Assembly (NCBI GenBank): GCA_035516795.1
Contig: DATIZX010000088.1
Span: 36,750 to 100,749, forward strand
DNA from: Verrucomicrobiia bacterium
GTDB lineage: Bacteria; Verrucomicrobiota; Verrucomicrobiia; Palsa-1439
Reading direction: 5' to 3'
DNA length: 64,000 nucleotides
Translations under genes and position numbers: made by a program
Shown here: piece after piece, positions 58,244 to 64,000 of the stretch
Numbering within the stretch: position 1 is the stretch's first letter
Layout of the letters: each line of letters opens with the position of its first letter
Notes under the pieces: generated by a model
Database searches by the model: none
Told to the model about the DNA's origin: nothing
What the model saw: the letters and a program-made list of their open reading frames with translations, nothing else

Positions 58244-59539
58244 ATGGCTACCTATTTTGCACGCGGTGGAGTCAACGACAACATCAGCACGGCGGAAAAA
58301 CGCGACGCGCTGGCGCAGGCGTTGAAGGTCGTCAACCGACCCCTGCGCAAAGTGTTGGTCTTGCCGCCCGATCATACCCGGCTCAATTCCAATGCCGGCG
58401 AGTTGACTCATCTCCTTTACGAAATGCTGGCGCCGAACGGTGAAGTGGACATCATGCCGACGCTCGGCACGCATACGCCGATGACCGAGAAGCAACTCCG
58501 CATGATGTTCGGAGACAGAATCCCGCTCGCCCGGTTCAAGGTGCACGATTGGCGCAAGGGCATCAAGCGCGTCGGCGATGTTCCGGGTGCGCTGCTGCGC
58601 GAGTGGTCGGGTGGCGTGGTGGACTACGACGTGCATGTCGAGGTCAGCACCCGGCTGTTCGCCGGATACGATCTCATTCTTTCGGTTGGGCAACTTGTCC
58701 CGCACGAAGTGGTCGGCATCGCCAATTACACCAAGAACATTCTAAGCGGCGCGGGTGGCGTGGACACGATCAACAAATCGCATTTCCTCGGCGCGGCTTA
58801 TGGGATGGAACGGATGATGGGACGCATCGATACGCCGGTGCGGAAGCTGTTCAACTACGCCGCGGCCACGTTCCTGCGCGAGTTGCCGATTGTCTATGTG
58901 CTTACGGTTATGCAGAAACACAGAACCGAGCCGACCATGATCATGCGCGGGTTGTACGTGGGTGACGACAATGAGACGTTCACACTCGGGGCCAAACTCT
59001 CCCAGAAGGTGAACCTCGATCTACTCGACAAACCGCTCAAGAAAGTGCTGGTGTATCTGGATCCACATGAATTCAAGAGCACGTGGTTGGGCAACAAGGC
59101 GATTTACCGGACCCGCATGGCCATGGCCGATGGCGGCGATCTGATCATCCTCGCTCCCGGTTTGAAAGAGTTTGGCGAAGATTCCGAGATCGATCGGCTC
59201 ATCCGCAAGTACGGTTATCGCGGTACGCCGGCCACGTTGGCGGCGGTCAAGGCCAACGACGAATTACGCAACAATCTCAGTGCCGCCGCGCACCTGATTC
59301 ATGGTTCGAGCGAAGGCCGGTTCAAGATTACTTATTGCCCTGGACGCGATATGAGTGCTGAAGCCATTCAGTCAGTGGGTTTCCAAGCTGGTAATCTCGA
59401 TGCCATCATCAAGCGTTATCAGCCCGAAACGTTGAAAAACGGTCTCAACCGGCGTCCCGACGGCGAAGAGATTTTCTACATCAGCAATCCTGCGCTCGGT
59501 CTCTGGGCATTGAAGAGCCAACTCGAAGCGGCTTCGTAG
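58244..59539 (+). CDS. LarA-superfamily (DUF2088) nickel-pincer-type epimerase, candidate D-mannonate/D-gluconate 2-epimerase
   Basis: PPDHTR, LGTH, PHE....NYTKN, SH and NKAIYR align by eye with LarA catalytic and cofactor residues; hexuronate context. Confidence 0.75.
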   Translation: MATYFARGGVNDNISTAEKRDALAQALKVVNRPLRKVLVLPPDHTRLNSNAGELTHLLYEMLAPNGEVDIMPTLGTHTPMTEKQLRMMFGDRIPLARFKVHDWRKGIKRVGDVPGALLREWSGGVVDYDVHVEVSTRLFAGYDLILSVGQLVPHEVVGIANYTKNILSGAGGVDTINKSHFLGAAYGMERMMGRIDTPVRKLFNYAAATFLRELPIVYVLTVMQKHRTEPTMIMRGLYVGDDNETFTLGAKLSQKVNLDLLDKPLKKVLVYLDPHEFKSTWLGNKAIYRTRMAMADGGDLIILAPGLKEFGEDSEIDRLIRKYGYRGTPATLAAVKANDELRNNLSAAAHLIHGSSEGRFKITYCPGRDMSAEAIQSVGFQAGNLDAIIKRYQPETLKNGLNRRPDGEEIFYISNPALGLWALKSQLEAAS

Positions 59540-59551
59540 TCTGGCTCTGAT

Positions 59552-59603
59552 GTAGTCGCACCCTTTATGGATGTGGGAACCGCAGGCTGAAGCCTGCCAC
59601 TAC
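59552..59603 (-). repeat. GTAG-type REP doublet (same family as 44080, opposite orientation)
   Basis: GTAGTCGCACCCTTTATGGATGTG-GGAAC-CGCAGGCTGAAGCCTGCCACTAC. Confidence 0.8.
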
Positions 59604-59632
59604 AACCTGCTACCACAATTGACTGCGCAAAC

Positions 59633-61042
59633 TCATTCCGCCGATTTCGGCACGTAGTGATAAGTGCGCACTTTGTATTGGATATCGATGGCCGGGTTTT
59701 CTAGGAGCTTGATCATCTCCGCCCCAGCGAGGAGCACCGGACCGTAGCCGTGCGTCGCGTAAACGCTGGTAGGCCGGTTGTAGTAATAGACATTGTCACT
59801 CGCGAAAGTTGTGCCCACGCAGGTGCCCTCGACCTGACCGCGATGGTTGACCTGCTGAGCCACGGCGTTCCAGCCCGCCTGCGCCACCGAGCCGTAGCTG
59901 ACCGGGCTAATCCAGCCGCGATTGATTGCATGCGCGATGCTGAACACGAACATTGCCGATGCCGAGGTCTCGAGGTAGGAATCGGTCTTGTCCAGCATCT
60001 GATGCCAAAGGCCCTCACCCGATTGCAGTTTGGCTATCGCGTGGATGTGCTGACGGAGATACTTCAAAATGGTTTCGCGTTGCGGGTGATTCTCAGGAAG
60101 CACGTCCAGCAATTCGACTGTTGCCATCATGACCCAGCCGTTGGCACGAGCCCAGTACAATTCCGGATTGAGCGGTTGATCGGCGTTCCAACCATGGGCG
60201 TACAAACCGGTGGGGGGGGCAAACAGATACGACGAGAACTGCACGATTTGCTTGGCCGCGTCATCGAAATAGGCGCGATTGCCAGTCAACGCGCCCATTT
60301 GCGCCAGGGCGGGAACACCCATGTAACAATCGTCAGCCCAGAGTGAGACCGGTTGTGGACGCTGGCGTGCCAGCGTGCCATCGGGCAAGCGAAACTGCTT
60401 GGTGCTGATGTAATCGATCCAATGCTTGATGACCGGTTCAAGATCGGGCCCGACGTGAGCGCGACGCGCCTTGATCAAGGCGGCACACATCGCACCGCAG
60501 TCATCAAGCGATGCCGTGTGCAGGATGCCTCGAAAGCTGCTTTTCCGGCCCAGGTTGAACTTCTCATCCTGTGCACGGAAATAGGGCAGGGCATCAGCGA
60601 TAAACTTCAGATCCCGCGCAGTGAAGTCCGAATACCTTTTATCGCCGGTCACCTCGGCGCACAGCAACATGCCAGCGTGCGTGACTCCCATTGTGTAATC
60701 CAAAACGTAGAACGCGTCAGCTTCACCCCGGTCCGCAACAGCGTCGGCCACGGGCGCGGTCAGGTCGGTAATCTGGTCGCCAGTCTTGCTGTTGACGATT
60801 CGGGCAGGCGCAGCCTTTTCGAGGTAGCTGCGGACCCGACCGAGAACATCGACGATCTCCTCCTTGGTCGGCAACTGATAAGGAATTGGATAGGTTCCTT
60901 CGGAAGGATCGTAGACACTGTGGTTGTCGCGGTTACGATAAGGTCCTTCGGCAAAAAGCGTCGGGACGGCAAGGAGCAAGGACAGAATTGCAGCCGCGAT
61001 GCACTTGGCTGCAACAATTGATTTCCATGGAACATTTTTCAT
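59633..61042 (-). CDS. GH105 (GH88/105) unsaturated (rhamno)galacturonyl hydrolase, secreted
   Basis: DY..G, LDDCG, WADDCYM, WARANGW, GLWHQ, YLETSASAMF, HGYGP. Confidence 0.9.
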   Translation of the reverse strand: MKNVPWKSIVAAKCIAAAILSLLLAVPTLFAEGPYRNRDNHSVYDPSEGTYPIPYQLPTKEEIVDVLGRVRSYLEKAAPARIVNSKTGDQITDLTAPVADAVADRGEADAFYVLDYTMGVTHAGMLLCAEVTGDKRYSDFTARDLKFIADALPYFRAQDEKFNLGRKSSFRGILHTASLDDCGAMCAALIKARRAHVGPDLEPVIKHWIDYISTKQFRLPDGTLARQRPQPVSLWADDCYMGVPALAQMGALTGNRAYFDDAAKQIVQFSSYLFAPPTGLYAHGWNADQPLNPELYWARANGWVMMATVELLDVLPENHPQRETILKYLRQHIHAIAKLQSGEGLWHQMLDKTDSYLETSASAMFVFSIAHAINRGWISPVSYGSVAQAGWNAVAQQVNHRGQVEGTCVGTTFASDNVYYYNRPTSVYATHGYGPVLLAGAEMIKLLENPAIDIQYKVRTYHYVPKSAE

Positions 61043-61094
61043 TTTACTCCCCTGGTTTACCTGCTGGCGTGCGCGTGAATCCGTTCTTGAGCAC

Positions 61095-63887
61095 CTACTT
61101 CACAGTGATCGCGCTGACGGGCACATCGTCACCCAGCATGAACATGAGTTTGGCTTCAATGAGATCGCTATCCTCAATACGTACGTCGTGGGAATCTTTG
61201 CCTTCGAGTTGCAGAAAAATGTAGGTCCCCGGCGGCGCTTTCGCCCGACGAATTTCGATTTGGGAGGCGTTGGTCATGTCGAACACCGGTCCCTGGCTCG
61301 GCGTGACGATGACGTTCTTGAAATTCAGCTTCTTGACATTTTTGCAAATCACTCCTTTTGTCGAGGTGATCGTCAGGTCTTCGAATTGGATGTTCTCAAT
61401 GGGCGAATCGTCGAGGCCCTGCAGCAGGACGGCGGTTGGCGCGCCATGGCCGACGACGTTTCGAATGACCATGTTGCGGAAAACCGGCGATTTCAGGTTC
61501 GATGCCGGGTTCCGGTCCGAGCCGTAAACCATGTTGAGGACAACGACCTCGCGTTGCATGTTTTTGACCTTGAGATTCTCGGCCCAGATGTTTTCCACAA
61601 CGCCTCCACGGCCGCGTAACGACTTGATCCGCACAGCGCGGTCTGTGCCATCGAAGTCACAGTCATGCATGTACACGTTGCGCACGTCGCCGGACATCTC
61701 GCTGCCGACGACGAGGCCGCCGTGACCACGTTGGCTGGAACAATACCGCATCACGACATTCTCAGTGGGCCGATGCACGCGCCAGCCATCTTCGTTGTAG
61801 CCAGATTTCAGCACCACGCAATCGTCGCCGGTGGAAAACGTGCAGTATTCAATGAGCACGTTCCGGCAGGAATCAGGATCGATACCGTCGTTATTGGGAC
61901 CATCCGTGTCCACGGTAACGTGCCGGACGATGACGTTTTCACAATAGACTGGATGAATCGTCCAGTTCGGGCCGCTGCCGATCGTGAAACCTTCCAGCAG
62001 GACATTCTTGCAGTTCACGAAACTGACGAAGCTGGGGCGGATAGCGGCTTCGGGTGTGCCGAACACGCGTTTCTCGACCGGCACGCCGCGCGCCGCCATC
62101 TGGAAAAACTCCTTCGTTTCCTTGCCTTTCCAATCCCACCAGGCTTTGGCATTGCCGTTCAGGCGGCCGGGGCCTGTAATCGCCACGTTCTCGCAGTTGC
62201 GCGCATAAATCAGCGGCGAATAGTTGTAGAGTTCGATGCCGCCGACCCGCACGAAAACCGGTGGCAAATAATCTCGGAACCTGTCGCTGAAGATCACTTC
62301 GGCGCCTTGCGCCAAGTGTAACTCAATGTTGCTTTGAAGATGAATCGGCCCCGTCAGCCAGCGACCCGCCGGCACGAGTACCCGTCCGCCGCCCTTACTG
62401 GCGCAAGTTTGGATGGCTTTGGCGAACGCGGCGGTGTTGGTCACCGTGCCGCCTTCCACGGCTCCATAATCCCGGATATCGACCACGTGATCAGGAAATG
62501 CCGGCCTCTGAAGTTGCGGCATGGGGAAGGGCGCCTTGATCGGCGCAATCGGGTCGCTCGGCGAGGATTGCGGCAATCCTTCGACCATCCGCAGATTCGC
62601 TGAGGCTTCCGAAGCCATGATGGTGCCGCCATGCAGATCAAGTTCTGTGACGTCGCTAGGTTGCTCGGAGTGAATCCGCACGGTGAATACAATTTGGGTA
62701 CCACCGCTGCCGGACGCATACTCTGCATAGCCACCATCGCGCAGTGTCAGCCTCGGTTCGCCTTTGACCGTAACATTCTCGCTGAACGTGACTTGAATCC
62801 GGTCGCTTTGCCGTTCGATTTTAGTGATCTGTGGCGCATCAGTTCGTTCGGGATTCCATTTTCCGGCGAACGTCCATGCCGCTGTGATTTGGTCAGGCTG
62901 CGGAGCACCGGGGGCTGACGAAAGATTGTTAGCGAACCACGAGTAATCCCCACCGTCTCGATGACAATTGTAAAAATAGGCGCGCTCGCCCCAGAGATTG
63001 CCGGCATCGAGGTCTTTGTTGCGTTTCGCATCGTTCGGGCTGGGTTTGTCGCCAGCGATGGGATAAACGACCCGATACGGTGCCAGATCTCGCATCCGAA
63101 TTGAGAACGTGCAGTCGAGCAGGAAAAACTCGGCATCGTGATGATGGCGGGCCAAGACAAAGTCTTCCACGCCATCGAATTTACAGTTGCGCAGGACAAA
63201 CTTCATGTCTTTGTCTTTGTTCCCGTCATGCCAAATGGAAGCGTGTGCCGCCGGGTTGACCTCATAAAACGTACAGTCAGTCATGTAACACCAGCCGCGC
63301 GGACAGACGAAATCCACGGAGCCACGAATGTTGAGCCGTGCTTGGTACGACCCGCACTGGTCGCCCCATAACGCAAGTGTGTCAGCGCCCTGGCTTAACA
63401 CGTCGCAGTCGGTGATGACCGTCTTGTCTCCTTTTCCGTAGACGGCGAATGCATGCGGGCCGATGACGCCTTGAGTGTTTTTGATGGTCAGGTCTTGCAG
63501 AACGCAGTCATTGCCGTTGATGTTGACGACGGCCCGGCCAATGTTGTCGGGGTTCTTGGTGAATTCATCCGCTCCTTGGGCGAATTCGATACGGGCGCCT
63601 TGTCGACTCTCGCCCCGGAGGGTGACGAAATCGGGATCGATCCGCACCTTTTCGTGATAGAGGCCGTCCTTGATGAAAATGATTTTTCGCTCGCGGTTGT
63701 CCTTCGGGATGGTGTCGACCGCTTCCTGAATCGTTTTGAAAGCGCCGGTGCCATCCGCCGCGACGACGATGTCAGGTTTTGGCATTTCGGCACGACTGAC
63801 CGTCAGCAGCTGCGGGACGGAAACAAGTGCCAGTGCAAGCAGTAAGCGGGATCGAAAGATCAAGCTGATTGGCACCGTCGAAGTCAT
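61095..63887 (-). CDS. Pectin methylesterase (CE8)-linker-polygalacturonase (GH28) fusion, secreted
   Basis: VAADGTG.FKTIQEA, QGADTL, GSVDFV (CE8); PNNDGID, GDD, KSG, GHGG.VVGSE, RIKS..GRGG (GH28). Confidence 0.92.
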   Translation of the reverse strand: MTSTVPISLIFRSRLLLALALVSVPQLLTVSRAEMPKPDIVVAADGTGAFKTIQEAVDTIPKDNRERKIIFIKDGLYHEKVRIDPDFVTLRGESRQGARIEFAQGADEFTKNPDNIGRAVVNINGNDCVLQDLTIKNTQGVIGPHAFAVYGKGDKTVITDCDVLSQGADTLALWGDQCGSYQARLNIRGSVDFVCPRGWCYMTDCTFYEVNPAAHASIWHDGNKDKDMKFVLRNCKFDGVEDFVLARHHHDAEFFLLDCTFSIRMRDLAPYRVVYPIAGDKPSPNDAKRNKDLDAGNLWGERAYFYNCHRDGGDYSWFANNLSSAPGAPQPDQITAAWTFAGKWNPERTDAPQITKIERQSDRIQVTFSENVTVKGEPRLTLRDGGYAEYASGSGGTQIVFTVRIHSEQPSDVTELDLHGGTIMASEASANLRMVEGLPQSSPSDPIAPIKAPFPMPQLQRPAFPDHVVDIRDYGAVEGGTVTNTAAFAKAIQTCASKGGGRVLVPAGRWLTGPIHLQSNIELHLAQGAEVIFSDRFRDYLPPVFVRVGGIELYNYSPLIYARNCENVAITGPGRLNGNAKAWWDWKGKETKEFFQMAARGVPVEKRVFGTPEAAIRPSFVSFVNCKNVLLEGFTIGSGPNWTIHPVYCENVIVRHVTVDTDGPNNDGIDPDSCRNVLIEYCTFSTGDDCVVLKSGYNEDGWRVHRPTENVVMRYCSSQRGHGGLVVGSEMSGDVRNVYMHDCDFDGTDRAVRIKSLRGRGGVVENIWAENLKVKNMQREVVVLNMVYGSDRNPASNLKSPVFRNMVIRNVVGHGAPTAVLLQGLDDSPIENIQFEDLTITSTKGVICKNVKKLNFKNVIVTPSQGPVFDMTNASQIEIRRAKAPPGTYIFLQLEGKDSHDVRIEDSDLIEAKLMFMLGDDVPVSAITVK

Positions 63888-64000
63888 ACGACGGCGAATT
63901 GTAGTGCGACGTGTGACGTTTTGTCCAGCGTTCGGACGCAAAAGACATGCTGCGCTCGCGTAATTTTGGATTGACGCTCTGGGCGCTCGGCATAGACTTG

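Noticed and set aside
31522-59603. REP hairpins as a CRISPR array
   Set aside because: The copies are dispersed rather than regularly spaced, and there are no cas genes.
60212-60219. G8 tract in the GH105 gene as a phase-variation switch
   Set aside because: The tract is short, the frame is intact (encodes Ala-Pro-Pro), and such a run is expected by chance in GC-rich DNA.

Overview
A GC-rich bacterial chromosomal segment, most likely Verrucomicrobiota. This is inferred from GloVer-type repeats, a PEP-CTERM protein, RNase HIII and lineage-typical secreted-protein C-termini. No integrase, transposase, CRISPR array or rRNA was found. From left to right: (1) a 5'-truncated hybrid histidine kinase; (2) a tightly coupled 7-gene minus-strand operon (TMTC-like TPR membrane protein, TolC, YfiH/PgeF, SAM methyltransferase, SRPBCC cyclase, FabF-like ketosynthase, FAD reductase) with no ACP or chain-length factor; (3) DUF72, mutY and rnhC, where mutY and rnhC are divergent with overlapping start codons; (4) a sulfur-carrier cysteine cluster (rhodanese, CysM-type synthase, JAMM peptidase, and a ubiquitin-like carrier fused in frame to MoeZ), split by a beta-helix surface-protein gene; (5) tRNA-Ala(CGC) and housekeeping genes (btpA-like, orphan malK-like, DUF374, purE, SLT, priA, bioD, M23, DUF2339); (6) accessory genes (HicB-like, hemerythrin, GloVer propeller, internally deleted HDOD, GH17), tRNA-Arg(ACG), and a large modular GH13 gene bracketed by a 28-bp direct repeat; (7) a pectin/hexuronate locus (kduI, kduD, ExuT-like MFS, AraC, uxaE, uxaC, SDR, gnd, two PfkB kinases, a LarA-family epimerase, GH105, a CE8-GH28 fusion). 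GTAG-type REP palindromes are scattered between genes, and one sits in frame inside a gene. The best leads are the ketosynthase/cyclase/methyltransferase/reductase operon, the in-frame REP, the 28-bp repeat flanking the amylase, the LarA/gnd hexuronate route, the Ubl-MoeZ fusion beside a JAMM protease, and a shared 'QFYRI' C-terminal domain. Start codons were adjusted by eye and all family calls come from motif recognition, not database searches.
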